64,000 bases of DNA from an uncultured Planctomycetota bacterium (GCA_963845755.1 CAWJTV010000011.1:1216001-1280000); one strand, 5' to 3'; shown: positions 13,925-25,561, counted from the first letter of the stretch. Notes: generated by a model not told the origin, from the letters alone. A program made the numbers and translations.

Positions 13925-14459
13925 TCCTTCGGAATTGAAACGTCCATTCGGCGCCGAACGTCCATTCCCATGGCGATGCCGTCATTGCGGTGAGAGCCAT
14001 GTTCTCATGACCAGAATCCGCTACGATGCTGAAGTTCAGCATGACGGGCGCCTGTACACGTTCACGATCCCCAATTTGGACATCCCGGTCTGTCAAGCGT
14101 GCGGCAACAAGGTTTTCACGGGAGGAGTCGATGACCAGATCAGCGCGGCGCTTCGCTCGCATCTCCATCTGCTTACGCCTGAAGACATGCGCAGTGCGCT
14201 GGGGCGAATCAACCTGACCCAGAAAGAGGCGGCGGGACGCTTGGGAATCGCGGAAGCCACGCTGTCTCGTTGGCTGAACAAGACACAAATTCAGTCGAGA
14301 GCCATGGATAACTTGCTACGCGTTTTTTTTGCATTTCCACAAGTGCGCACTTATCTGATCAAAGACAGACATGATCCTCAGCTTGGAACTACGGATATCT
14401 CGGCGGACGAACCGGAGCTAGCCGAAATGGGGACCTCCGCAATTCCCAATGCAGACTGA
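13914..14459 (+). CDS. MqsA-like antitoxin (zinc ribbon plus Cro/C1 HTH)
   Basis: CRHCG...IPVCQACG zinc finger and LTQKEAAGRLGIAEATLSRW...IQSRAMDNLLR HTH. Confidence 0.85.
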   Translation: MNANPSELKRPFGAERPFPWRCRHCGESHVLMTRIRYDAEVQHDGRLYTFTIPNLDIPVCQACGNKVFTGGVDDQISAALRSHLHLLTPEDMRSALGRINLTQKEAAGRLGIAEATLSRWLNKTQIQSRAMDNLLRVFFAFPQVRTYLIKDRHDPQLGTTDISADEPELAEMGTSAIPNAD

Positions 14460-14596
14460 GGGGCCTGGAAAGATTGCGAGGGTCAGGAAGAACCATCTTC
14501 CTCGGTTCGGCAGAGATTCGACACCTCGACGCTGAACTTTTCCTTTCCCCCAACTTCGATTCCGGCCGTCCTGGCGAAGAAGGGACCTCTCGAGCT

Positions 14597-15580
14597 ATGA
14601 GAGCCCTGGTTACCGGAAGCGCCGGTCATCTCGGTGAGGCACTGGTGCTCACCCTGAAAGACTTGAACCACGAGGTCATCGGCCTCGACATTCTGGCGTC
14701 CACGTTGACGACCGTCGTCGGATCGATCACCGATCGCTCTTGCGTGGGTCGCTGCATGAGGGACGTGCAGGCCGTCTTTCATGCGGCCACCTTGCACAAG
14801 CCTCATGTCGCCACCCACAGCCGGCAGGAGTTCGTCAACACCAACATCACCGGTACGCTCAACCTGCTGGAAGCCGCGGTGATGGCCGGCGTCGCGTCCT
14901 TTGTCTTCACCAGCACGACCAGCGTCTTCGGCGACGCGCTCGTGCCGCCTGCCGGAGCGGCTGCCGCCTGGGTGACCGAGGAAGTCGCGCCCGTCCCCAA
15001 GAACATCTATGGTGTCACCAAGGCCGCGGCGGAGGGCCTCTGCCAGTTGTTCCACAGGAACCAACGGCTTGCTTGTATCGTGCTCAGGACATCGCGGTTT
15101 TTCCCCGAAGAAGACGACAACAAGCAGGTGCGGGAAGCTTACGCCGACGAGAATGCCAAGTTGAATGAATATCTGTTCCGCCGCGTGGATCTCGAAGACG
15201 TCGTGAGCGCACATCTACTGGCAGCGAGACACGCGCCTGGGATCGGCTTCGGGTGCTATATCATCAGCGCGACGACGCCCTTTACGCCCGAGGATCTGCG
15301 AGACCTGCGTTTCGATGCGCCGCGGGCGGTGCGGCGCCATGTTCCCGACTATGAGACCGAATACATCCGTCGTGGCTGGAAAATGTTTCCCAGCATCGAC
15401 CGCGTCTATGACAACGCGCGGGCTCGGAATGAGCTCGGCTGGCAGCCGCAGCATGATTTCCCGTCGATCATCGACCGCCTGAAAGCCGGAGGCGAGGTGA
15501 GAAGTCCCCTCGCCCGGATCGTGGGATCAAAAGGATACCATGCCGAGGTGTTTGCCGAAGGGCCTTATCCCGTAGAATGA
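14597..15580 (+). CDS. NAD-dependent epimerase/dehydratase (extended SDR)
   Basis: LVTGSAGHLG, HAATLH, NITGTLNLLEAA, FTST, YGVTK. Confidence 0.9.
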   Translation: MRALVTGSAGHLGEALVLTLKDLNHEVIGLDILASTLTTVVGSITDRSCVGRCMRDVQAVFHAATLHKPHVATHSRQEFVNTNITGTLNLLEAAVMAGVASFVFTSTTSVFGDALVPPAGAAAAWVTEEVAPVPKNIYGVTKAAAEGLCQLFHRNQRLACIVLRTSRFFPEEDDNKQVREAYADENAKLNEYLFRRVDLEDVVSAHLLAARHAPGIGFGCYIISATTPFTPEDLRDLRFDAPRAVRRHVPDYETEYIRRGWKMFPSIDRVYDNARARNELGWQPQHDFPSIIDRLKAGGEVRSPLARIVGSKGYHAEVFAEGPYPVE

Positions 15581-15658
15581 GCCCTCCCTCAACCATTCGT
15601 CTTCGAGGGACCATGATGGAGCCGCACCACAGGGTACTCGATCGAGTCGAGAGGCGGC

Positions 15659-17496
15659 TCAGGGACGATGAACGCGGATCCGGTGATCCGTGAATTCGGT
15701 GCGCGGGACGGCGTCCTTGACGCGGGGCATGTGACAGGTGAGGCAGCCCTTGGCCGGATTAACGGGGCAGGGGGCCCCGGTCCGGTGCGAGCCGGCGGGT
15801 GGGCTCGGCCCGGGTGAGCGGGCGGCGGGATGACAGGTCACGCATCGGGATTCATAGAACGCGGAGGACGTCTCGGCGTTCTGGTGGGGATTATGGCAGG
15901 TCACGCAACTGAATCCCGAGGCGCTCTCCGTATAGCACCGGCTCAGGACGAAGCTGGAGGCCTGGTATCGGACGAAGCCGGCATCGTCCGGAGTGGTCTT
16001 GGCGGGGGCCTTGTGGCATTCGGCGCAGAGCGCGACGACCTGTTCGGGCGCGGCGAGCCGGGGGCGGGCGATCGCGAGGTCGGGTAAGCCGGCTTCGATC
16101 GCCGGGCGGTGATGGCCCCCGGGGCCGTGACACCGCTCGCAGCCGATGCCGTGGTCGCGGCCCTCCGGGCGGCCGTCGGGTTCGCGGGCCGCGCGAAAGT
16201 TCGTCGCGTGACAGTGCAGGCACCTGCGGAACGCCTCGGACGAGATGGGACGCCCCAGGTAGCCGGGCTCATCGGGCGGGACGGCGGGGTGCTCCATCGT
16301 GAGGCCCCACTCCGGCGCGGCGGGATATTGTGAGACCCTCAACTCGCGGATCTGCCCGTCCTCCTGCGCGCCACGAAAGAGCGGCCCTGGTGGCTCGATC
16401 CCAGGGCGTACTCGACCACGGCGCGAAACGCCTGCGCGTCCACGCGAGTCACGGCCTCGATCCGGTTCCCTGTCCGCGTGAACCGATGGACGACGCGCGG
16501 GTTGTCGGCATCGGGCACGTCCCGGTCCGGCCAGGGCAGGTCGTTGACCTCGGCGGTGCGACGCAAGGTGCGGGAATGCCGGCTACTCTGCTGGCCCCGG
16601 TATTCCGCGGGATGGCAGGGTGCGCAGCTCGCGGCGCCGACGAATGGGGCGGGCTCTCGGGTCAATGGGTCGGAGGCGCCGAATCCGCGAGCCGCCCCCA
16701 GGGCCGCGGCTGCCTCCGTCGCCTGCCCCTCCTGGAGCCAGGCCCGGCTCAGGAGCCACTCCCCCTCGGGATCGAGCCGACCGCTCGCGGCATTCTGGAG
16801 CAGGGCCCGCGCCTCGGCCGGGCGGCCGGCCTGGAGCCAGCAGCGGACGAGGAGCCGCCTGACTGCCGCCGGTTCCAGGTCGGCACCCGTGAGGTTCGGG
16901 TCGCGCCGCAGGGCATCGACCAGCACGGCCGCGGCGCCGGCGGGGTCGAACAGCTCGGCCCGCAACCGCCCGAGCCGGACCTCGCCCCGGACCTCCCATC
17001 CGGGCTGCCGGACCAGCCGATCGGCGGCATCGGCGGCATCGGTCATCATCCGGGTCTCGGCCCAGTATCGGGACAGGGCATCGAGCGTCTCGGCGTGGTC
17101 GGGTTGAAGGTCGCGCACCGCCCCCAGGGAGGCCAGACCCGGTCCCACCTGGCCCCTGTCCAGGAGCCCGCGCCCCAGCAGGAAATAGTCTTCCACCTCC
17201 ATGGACGCCGTCCCGATCCGCCGGTAGATCGCCTCGGCCGAATCGTCGCGCCCGCGCCGCGCCGCCGACCGCGCCAGCAGCCGGAGCGCCTCGCGGTCAG
17301 AGGGATTGGCCTTCAAGAGGGCGCGCGCCTGCCCCTCCGCCGCAGGCCAGTCCCCGCGCCGGTAGGCCAGGTCACCGCGATCCGAACCGTCGCCGCCACC
17401 TTCCCCGAGACCAAACATCGCCCACCAGACCGCGCCGACCAGCAACGTGACGACCGCGATAAAGCCCACCAACCATCCGGATCGCTCTCCTCGCAT
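15659..17496 (-). CDS. Membrane-anchored TPR plus multiheme c-type cytochrome (7 CxxCH; frameshift at about 16350)
   Basis: N-terminal TM, TPR-like helices, then CAPCH, CLHCH, CERCH, CAECH, CVTCH, CVTCH, CLTCH and terminal FTDHRIR. Confidence 0.85.
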
Positions 17497-18120
17497 CCAG
17501 CTTCTCCATGATGTTGACGGCTCTCGTCGTCACCAGTTCTGCAATTGTCGATCCACCGCCGCGGCCCGTCAAGCCAGGCCGCGCAGCCGTTCATGCCATG
17601 ATCAGATCCCAGGTTTTCCTCGTTTCCGCGTAGCACCCTCAAAACGGATCCTCGATCGGAAAGTGCGGACCTGCCATGGCCATCGAGAACGGCTCATCTT
17701 CCGTTCGAAGAAATATGGAGAGTCGCCCCCGGCCGTACGAGGCGGCCAGGGTCGAGGAAGAGAGAGGGAGGCGTGCGTTGGGTTAGCTCCGCAACTCCTT
17801 CATCCGCCGCACGAGGCGGCGGGGTCGGGCCGCCAGCGAACTTGGCCATCCGAGGAATAAGTTCCGAGGAGTGTCGCATTCTTTGCGACAATTTCATTTG
17901 ACAGCGCGACTCCTCGTGTTGCATCATCCCTAAGTTGACGGTCATGAGTTGCGCAGGCGGACGTTGTGGGACGATTCCACGATGTCATTGAGCATCGCAT
18001 GCTTGTATATAGTGTTCCACTCACCACCAACGGCCCGTCCGTTCCTGGCTTTCCTCCGAAGTTGGTGTCGCCCGAGCGAAGAGGCGTGATGTGGCGATGG
18101 AATCGTTTGAGGGGTAATTG

Positions 18121-18693
18121 ATGAGCTTGCCCCCGGTGGATGCGTCTTCCGGCAGTACGGAGCCGGAGGTAGAACGCCTGGCTGCGATGGCCAGGCAGGC
18201 GCTGCGGCAGATCCGGATCTTGCAATGGTCGTTCCTGGGTCTGGTGATTCTCGTGGCCGGGACCATTGGGGGTCTGTACGCGGCGGGGTCCCTTCACATC
18301 GAGGGACTCTCGCCGCCGGTCGTTCGGAGGGTCGAGGCGAAAGAAATCGGGTTCTACAACCGCTTCGATACGCGGGTGATCCTGGAGGCCGACGACAAGT
18401 GGGGCCTTCCTCAACTGATTTTCATGGACCTGAAGAAGCGGTACCGCCTGGGTATCAAGGTCTGGCCGGAGGGTGATGGAACGCCGGGGATGGTGTTCTA
18501 TGATCAGGGCGGAATGCGTGGGAATTTCCGGATCGACGAGGACGGCACCGCGGTGTTGAACCTCGTGGGGGAAGGCGAGAAAGGCCGCAAGGGAGGCATC
18601 GCCCTGGCCGTGACCCCCAACGGCACTCCGACCTTGAAGCTGACCGATAAGACCGGAAAGGTGCTGTTCCAGGCGCCGGCCGCTTCCGACTGA
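18121..18693 (+). CDS. Single-TM hypothetical protein with a beta-rich periplasmic domain
   Basis: GAGGGG RBS, TM segment WSFLGLVILVAGTIGGLYA, repeated P-x-L-x-F/L-x-D units. Confidence 0.65.
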   Translation: MSLPPVDASSGSTEPEVERLAAMARQALRQIRILQWSFLGLVILVAGTIGGLYAAGSLHIEGLSPPVVRRVEAKEIGFYNRFDTRVILEADDKWGLPQLIFMDLKKRYRLGIKVWPEGDGTPGMVFYDQGGMRGNFRIDEDGTAVLNLVGEGEKGRKGGIALAVTPNGTPTLKLTDKTGKVLFQAPAASD

Positions 18694-18834
18694 TCTGATC
18701 TGATGTGATGTGATCGACGGACGTCGACAGGGATCACATCAGGAATCCCAGGTGAGATCGTGGCCTTGCACGGCCGAGTCCACATCACCGGGAGTTCCGG
18801 ATCGATTTGTCCCATCAAGGGAGATGGATTTATT

Positions 18835-19092
18835 ATGCAAGTTTCCCGACTGGCTGGCCTGATCCTGCTGGTTTTCAGCCTGGGTTTCGCGCTGGGCTTG
18901 CCCGGCTGCGGGTCCGGCAATCCCAACGAGCGCGAGTTCCTGGCGACCGCCCCGCCCGGGAAGCCTTCCGATGACCCCGAGGATAGCAAGGTGTCGCATC
19001 GGCGGGAGCGGACCCGGAACGTCGCTCCGCAGGTCGCGAAGATCGAGGCGCGGAATCAAGGAGCGACGGCCAAGAAAACCAAGGCGCCGTGA
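18835..19092 (+). CDS. Small lipoprotein
   Basis: Signal peptide ending in lipobox LPGC; GGGAG RBS. Confidence 0.65.
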   Translation: MQVSRLAGLILLVFSLGFALGLPGCGSGNPNEREFLATAPPGKPSDDPEDSKVSHRRERTRNVAPQVAKIEARNQGATAKKTKAP

Positions 19093-19190
19093 GGTCTCGT
19101 GCGAACGAGCGCACGCGGTCTCGCCGCAGACAAACGTGATTCGGTGTCCGGGTATTGGTACTTCATCCTCTTTTTTCCGGAGCCCCAACC

Positions 19191-20339
19191 ATGAGAACCC
19201 GCCGCGAGTCCCGAGCTTTCACCCTGATCGAGCTGCTGGTCGTGATCGCGATCATCGCGGTGCTGATCGCCCTGCTCTTGCCGGCCGTGCAAGCCGCGCG
19301 CGAGGCGGCTCGCCGCGCCCAGTGCACCAACAACCTGAAACAGATCGGCCTGGGGGTCAACAACTACGAGAGCGGCAACGGCGCGATCCCCCCCTCGGCG
19401 ACCATTTCCACCACCCAGAACTATCAAGACCAGGGCGTCCTCTGCCGCATCCTCCCTTACATGGAGCAGCAGGCCGATTACAACTCGATCAACTTCCTCT
19501 ACGGCGTTCGTGGCATCTGGGTCAATGGGGGGGCCTGGAACGCGCCTCCCATGGACGAGAGCGTCTGGGCCGGCGACTGGGGCCGGAGCAACGCCACGGC
19601 CAACATCACCTATGTCAATGCCTTCCTCTGCCCGTCGGACCCCAATAACGGCGGCAACAACCAGTTCTTCATCAATGGCCAGCAGCGGCTGATCTGTACC
19701 ACCGACTACTACTGGAACGTCGGCCTGTCGCGGTTCTTCAACGGCGGGATGGTGAACGGCCCGACGTATTCCCCAGGGGCACTGGACTATAACATCCTCA
19801 ACGGAGCCCAGTGCGCCAACAGGGTGATCACGATGGCCTCGTTCACCGACGGCACGAGCAACACGGCCATCATGAGCGAGTCGGTCCAGAGCAACTCGGG
19901 GCTGCAAGCCGACGGCCTGGGCATGGTCTACGCCGGCCCTTCCTGGAACCAGTTCCTCGGCCAGGGTACTCAACTATCACCCCCCGATTGGCTGGCCGCC
20001 CAGTATTGCCAGAACACAGCCGGTCTTGGACAGGATTACTGGTGGAAAGGCGAGTTCGCCCTCTCCGGCGGACACAACATCTATTCTCACACCCAGACTC
20101 CGAACCGGCGCTCTTGCTACTGGACCAACGTCAACAGTTTTCCAGCCGTTTCGAGCGACCAGGATTATGCCGGGGCCACCCAGACCATGGTCGCCGCCAG
20201 CTCGTATCATCCCGGCGGCGTGAATGTTTTGTTCATGGATGGATCAGTCCACTTCCTGAAGAACTCGGTCAACTTCATGGCGTGGTACGCCATCGCCACC
20301 CCGGGTCGTGGGGAAGTCGTCAGCAGCGATGCTTATTGA
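19191..20339 (+). CDS. DUF1559 protein with prepilin N-terminal cleavage/methylation motif and H-X9-DG motif
   Basis: [74 protein letters not shown]. Confidence 0.95.
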   Translation: MRTRRESRAFTLIELLVVIAIIAVLIALLLPAVQAAREAARRAQCTNNLKQIGLGVNNYESGNGAIPPSATISTTQNYQDQGVLCRILPYMEQQADYNSINFLYGVRGIWVNGGAWNAPPMDESVWAGDWGRSNATANITYVNAFLCPSDPNNGGNNQFFINGQQRLICTTDYYWNVGLSRFFNGGMVNGPTYSPGALDYNILNGAQCANRVITMASFTDGTSNTAIMSESVQSNSGLQADGLGMVYAGPSWNQFLGQGTQLSPPDWLAAQYCQNTAGLGQDYWWKGEFALSGGHNIYSHTQTPNRRSCYWTNVNSFPAVSSDQDYAGATQTMVAASSYHPGGVNVLFMDGSVHFLKNSVNFMAWYAIATPGRGEVVSSDAY

Positions 20340-20425
20340 CAGTGTTCAGTATTCAGTTTTCAGTGTTCAGTGAAGAAGATGGAAGCGATTGGGGATTGCT
20401 TTTCACCGAACACTGAAAACTGTCA
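20337..20425. repeat. Palindromic element with heptamer-repeat arms (TCAGTxT type)
   Basis: TGACAGTGT TCAGTAT TCAGTTT TCAGTGT TCAGTGAA ... TTCACCGAACACTGAAAACTGTCA. Confidence 0.75.
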
Positions 20426-20426
20426 G

Positions 20427-21589
20427 ATGATGAAGATGCCGCGGTCAACCGTCTCCGAACCCGGTCCTTCCCTCGCCCCCGAGGGGCGGCGCCGGCTCCC
20501 CCGTCGGCGGCTCGTGTCGGCCGGGGCGCTCGTGCTCGCCCTGGCCTCGGCCGCCTGGTTCGGTACATGGTTCGATGTGCTCGGCCGGGCGAGTGCGGCG
20601 TATGAACGGCATGAGTACCGCACCGCGCTGCGGGCCGCGCAGGATCATCTCCGGTTCTTCCCCAACAATCGCCCTGCCGCGCTCATGGCGGCGCGGTGCC
20701 TGGCCCGCCTGGGCCAGGCGCGGGAGGCCGAGGCGTATTATCGACGGGCCGAGCCGATCGAGCTCGCCGAGTTGCAGGTCCGCGCCTACGGGCTCGTGCA
20801 GGCTGGAGATCCCGAGGGCTCTGCGGGTCTACGAAGAGCTCCTGAGTCGCCGGCCCGATGACGCCCTGGCCTTGAAGCGGCTGGCCGCCGTGCGTATGGG
20901 CCGGAAGCAATGGCGACCGACGCTCGAACTGGCCGATCGATTGAAGGCTTACTCGTCCGAAGCGGTCGCCGGCTGGACGTTGGCCGCGATCGCGCACCAT
21001 GAGTTGAAGCATCATGAGCAGGCGGTCGAGGCCGGCCGCCGGGTCGTCGCGCTCGATCCGGAACTGAAGAGATTGCTGTTGCCGCGTTCGCTCTTCTGGA
21101 ACAACCTGGCCCTGGACCTGATGGCTCTGGGTCGGACCGAGGAGGCGCGGGGATACCTGGAGCGGGCCCTGGCCCGCGCGGAGGACGCGGGACTGATGGA
21201 GCTGCTCGGCCTGACCTATTCGCAACAGGGCTTGACCGATCAGGCAGAGCGGTGCTGGCGACAGGCGGAGGCGCTGGGACCCTAACAACGCGGACGTCTG
21301 TCTCGACCTGGGCCGGCTGGCGCTGAGCCACCGGCAGTGGGGCGAGGCCGTGGACTTCCTCAAGCGGGCCGCGGATCGGTCGAGGGACGCCGTCGAGCCG
21401 CTGTATAACTTGAGCCAGGCGTATCGGATGCTGGGCAACCGTGACGAGGCGGAACGCTATCGGCGGCTGGCCGACCAGCGTCGAGCGGCGCTGCCGCCGC
21501 GCCGTGGCGGTATGGGCGAGGACGTCGATCGCCCGGTTGCGCCGGACCGCGATGGTCAAGCGGACTCCCGGACGGAGCCCGGACGATGA
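20427..21589 (+). CDS. TPR protein with N-terminal TM (frameshifts at about 20815 and 21280)
   Basis: TPR-like helices across three consecutive ORFs; ATGA overlap with the next gene. Confidence 0.75.
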
Positions 21590-22854
21590 CGATCCGCAAA
21601 CGCGGACTCCGCGACCTGGGACTCACCCTGCTGTTGATCGCGCTGGTCGCGACGACCGCGGCCCTGGTCCTGGCGGCGCGTCTGCGGACCGGCCCGAGCC
21701 TGGGCGGTCTCGACCCCTTGCTGGCGGCCGGGCGGTTTGATGAGGTCGAACGCCGGGTCGAGGACTACCTGCGCGCGCATCCCGCGAGTATCCCGGCCCA
21801 TATGCTGATGGCGCAGGTCGCGCTGGCGCGGCACGATCAGAAGCCGCGACTGGCCCTCGATCATCTCGCGCGGATCCAGACGCGCGATCGCGAGACGCTG
21901 GCCATCGTCCGGCTGAACGAGGGGAAGGCGTACTCGGCGCTGACCCGTTACGATCGCGCCGAGGACGCCTGGAAGGGCGCGATGACACTGAACCCCCAGG
22001 TGCCCGAGGCCGGGTGGGCGTTGCTGGGGCTCTATTACATCCAGGGCCGTCGCGCGGACGCCCACCGCCTCGCTCTGGCACTGCACGCCATCGAACCCGA
22101 CCCTCGCGATCGCGTGCAACTGCTCCTGGAGCTGTTCCGCCAGGACGCGCAACCACTGGTTTCCGAAACGGTCTTCCCGACGCTCGAACCGGCCGTGCGC
22201 GACCATCCGGAAGACCTTTACACGGCGATCGCGCTGGGCCTGGCCCTGGTCCGGAGCAGCCGGTTCGACCAGGGACTGGCGATCCTGCGCGACACCGTGA
22301 CGCGCCATGCCGACAGTCCCGAGGCCTGGGACGGGCTCTTGCGGGGCCTGGACGAGTCGCGACAAGCCGACGATCTGGCCCAGGCCTGGGCGAAGCTTCC
22401 TCCCGATCTGGCCGCCGACCCGCGGTTCGATCGGCATCGCGGTGCCGTCGCCGAGGGGCGGCGGGACTGGTCCGCGGCGGCCGACTCCTACCTTCGGGCG
22501 TGGCAAGCCGACCCGTCCGATCTCCCGGTCCTCTACCGGCTCAGCCGCGTGCTCCAGATCGCGGGGCGACGCACGGAAGCCGATGCGTTCGGCCTCAAGG
22601 CCCGCGACGCGATGGCGGCGCGGGACCGTGCCCTGGCGCTCTACCGGGAAGCGAATGCCGACAAGACCCTCGGCCTGGTGCCCCATCCCGACTTGTATCA
22701 TCGCATCGCCGACCTCCGCGAACAGATGGGCCGCGCCGACGAGGCCCTGGCCTGGCACCGCCTCGTGCTCCAGGATCAGGCCCAGGATCCGACCAGCCGG
22801 AATGCGGTCGCGCGGATCGAGGCCGCGATCGCCGCACTCCAGCATGCTGAGTAA
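21586..22854 (+). CDS. TPR protein with N-terminal TM
   Basis: Hydrophobic N-terminus and multiple TPR-like repeats, ending GRADEALAWHRLVL. Confidence 0.82.
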   Translation: MTIRKRGLRDLGLTLLLIALVATTAALVLAARLRTGPSLGGLDPLLAAGRFDEVERRVEDYLRAHPASIPAHMLMAQVALARHDQKPRLALDHLARIQTRDRETLAIVRLNEGKAYSALTRYDRAEDAWKGAMTLNPQVPEAGWALLGLYYIQGRRADAHRLALALHAIEPDPRDRVQLLLELFRQDAQPLVSETVFPTLEPAVRDHPEDLYTAIALGLALVRSSRFDQGLAILRDTVTRHADSPEAWDGLLRGLDESRQADDLAQAWAKLPPDLAADPRFDRHRGAVAEGRRDWSAAADSYLRAWQADPSDLPVLYRLSRVLQIAGRRTEADAFGLKARDAMAARDRALALYREANADKTLGLVPHPDLYHRIADLREQMGRADEALAWHRLVLQDQAQDPTSRNAVARIEAAIAALQHAE

Positions 22855-25245
22855 CCCCAGGCCCTCTGGCTATCGGCCCCGAGGAAGAACCGTCGTGATC
22901 GCCACCAATTCCTGGGTAGAGCCCCTGATCGGACTGGTCGCCAATGCGCTGCTGGCGATCGGCGCGTACGGGATTGCCGGTTCTTTGCTGGGACAGCCGC
23001 GGGGCCTGGCGCGCGGACTGGCCGCAGGCGTGGTCTTCTGGACGGCGTGCATCGTGGGCCTGGAGGGGCTCGGCGCATTCGGAGCGATCGGGCTCTATCC
23101 CATCCTGGCCTGGGCGGGGACGATCTTCGCGGTGAGCCTGGTGGCGCGCCGGCTCGGACGTGGCGAGATCGTCGAGTTCCGGGATAAGGCGCCGAGGCGC
23201 CCCTAGGCTGGGACGCGCTCCTTTGCCTGGCGCTGCTGCTTGCCGCCGGGTTGCGGCTGGCGATCCCGTCGGTATTCATGGCCGTGAAAGTCGTCAGCGA
23301 CGGGCCGATCTATCATCTCTACTTCGCGGCGCGATGGTGGAAGGCCGGCCGGTTGATCCTGATCGCGGCCCCGTTCGGGGAGAATGCGGCGACCTATTTC
23401 CCGGCCAACGGCGATCTCTGGTTCACCTGGCTGATCACCTCCTGGGGCGGCGAGACTCTGGCCAAGGTCGGCCAGGCTCCGTTCTTGCTCTTCGCCGGAG
23501 CCGGCGCGTATGGTTGCGCCCGATCGGTCGGGGTGGGCCGCCCCGCCAGCCTGATCGCCACCTTCTGGTTCGTCTCCGAGTCGCTGCTGTTTCTGTATTC
23601 CGTCGAACCGAACGTCAACACGATCTTCGTCGCCGGCTATCTGGTGGCGGCGTATTTCTTCCTTCAGGGCGTGCGCGGGGAAGGCCAGACGTCGGCACTG
23701 GTCCTCGGCGCGCTGGCCGCGGGCGCGGCGATCGGGACCAAGGCGGTCGGCATCGTGTTCGTCCCGCCGCTGATCGTCCTGGCGCTGGCGGCCATCGGCT
23801 TCCAGGCCGTGCCGAGCCGGGTCAGAGTCCTCCGGATGGCGGTCGTCGCGCTGGTGCCCGCGGTCACGGGAGGATACTGGTTCGTCCGCAATGCGATGCT
23901 CACGGGCAATCCGCTCTATCCGCTCGACGTTCGCGTGATGGGACACACGCTCTGGCCGGGTTGGTACGGCCCCGACGCGATGCGCACCAGTCACTACTAC
24001 TTGGCCGTCGGTGATTGCGTGCGCGGGAGTCGAACATCCTGCTCGGCCTGCTCGACCCTCGGCTGGCGCCGTTCTGGCTGGCCGCGCTGGCCGGTGCGTG
24101 GGCGTGGAGAATCGGCTCAGTGGCAAGTGGCAAGTGGCAAGTGGCAAGTGAAGAGAAACGCGATGACCTGCAACCGGCCGCTGACCACTGGCCACGCCGT
24201 GTGGTCTCCGTCTCTGGCCGTGTGATCAGCATCTTCTCGGTTCTGGCGGTCTTGAACATCGCCCTGTACTGGCTGGTGATCCCCTACCGGACGCAGCAGC
24301 GATTCATGCTCCAGGCCCTGGGCCTGGCAGTCGTCCCGCTGGCGGCGACCTTCGATCGCGGGCGATGGCTCCGTTACGTGGGCGCGCTCCTGCTGGCCAT
24401 ACACGTCCTGACTCCCGCGACCTGGCCTCTGCCCGCGCGAGGCCGCGATCCCCTGGGACCTGTCCCCCTTGATCCCCAACGCCATCAGCGCCCTGCTGCC
24501 GCTCTTCCCCGCCTGGGAGCCGGTGGCTCAAGCCCGCGGCGGCGGCGCGGCGGCATTCCGGCCCACGACGTTCGCCATGATCCTCGCGGCCGTGTTCCTC
24601 GTCTGGGCATGGAGTCGCCGGGCCGCGATCGCACTCCGGCGACGGCCCCGGTGGCGATGGCCCCTGGCCGGATTCGCCGCCGCGATCTTCCTCGTGCTCG
24701 GCTTCGTGGACCTCGGCCCCATGGTCTTCGACGTCCGGGCCCGGTTCTATCCGCCCGGTTTTCTCGACTTCTATTTCGGCTGGCTCGACTTCGAGAACCG
24801 GTGCGGACCGACGGGGGTCCGTGTGGCCTACGCCGGGACGGACCTCCCGTATTATCTCCTGGGCCGGGGCTTACGAAACGAGGTCCGCTACATCAACATC
24901 GACCGGCATCGGGACTGGTTGATGCACGACTACCATCGCGAGGCGATGGCCCGCGGCCTGGGGACCTGGCCGAACTCCCGACCGGGCTGGGACCGGATCC
25001 GGCCCGATTATCGCGCCTGGCTCGACAACCTCGACGCCGAGGGCATCCAGCTCCTGGTGGTCACGCGCGCCAACCCCGACGAGGGGATCCACAACCTCGC
25101 CGACAAGGAGGGCTTCCCGATCGAGAAGGTCTGGGCCGACGCCCATCCCGAGCGATTCCAGCTCCTCTATGGCCAGGCCGAAGAGGACCCATGGTTCCGG
25201 CTCTACCGGGTCGTGCGCGTTCCGAGAGCGGTCAGTTCCCCGTAG
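22844..25245 (+). CDS. Large polytopic membrane protein, GT-C/PMT-like glycosyltransferase (frameshifts at about 23200, 24020 and 24450)
   Basis: Many TM segments, early loop SDGPIYHL..AARW, AIGTK, YWFVRN..LTGNPLYP, QQRF and a soluble C-terminal domain, a layout typical of GT-C-like proteins. Confidence 0.6.
24119..24195. repeat. Heptamer-armed element (GTGGCAA)x4 with a degenerate complementary arm, inside a CDS
   Basis: AGTGGCAAGTGGCAAGTGGCAAGTGGCAAGTGAA ... CTGACCACTGGCCAC. Confidence 0.7.
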
Positions 25246-25251
25246 CCGGCC

Positions 25252-25461
25252 TATCCCCGGTACTGACCCTCCACCAGGCCTGCCGCAAGGCCGGCATCGG
25301 ACCGACGACCTACTACCGCTGGAAGGCCCTCCAGGAGGAACCTATATCGCGCGAACAATTTCGCATTTCAGAACTCGAAGCTGAGGTCGGTCGCCTCAAG
25401 CTCCTGGTCGCCGAGCTGGCGCCGGACCGCCGCATGCTCCAGGAGGCCCTTGGAAAAAAAG
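25252..25461 (+). pseudogene. IS3-family transposase OrfA remnant
   Basis: ACRKAGIGPTTYYRWK...ELEAEVGRLKLLVAELA.DRRMLQEALGKK ending in the A7G slippery run; no start codon or IR seen. Confidence 0.8.
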
Positions 25462-25561
25462 CCCGTACAGGTCCAGATGATTCCCGGAGGAGCCGCATTT
25501 TAAACATCTGTATATATGTAATTGTAGATTTGCGAAGAAGCGGCGTTTCGATGGTGACGTA

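Noticed and set aside
18691..18715. TGATC/TGATG pentamer run
   Set aside because: It is a short microsatellite at a stop codon with no further structure.
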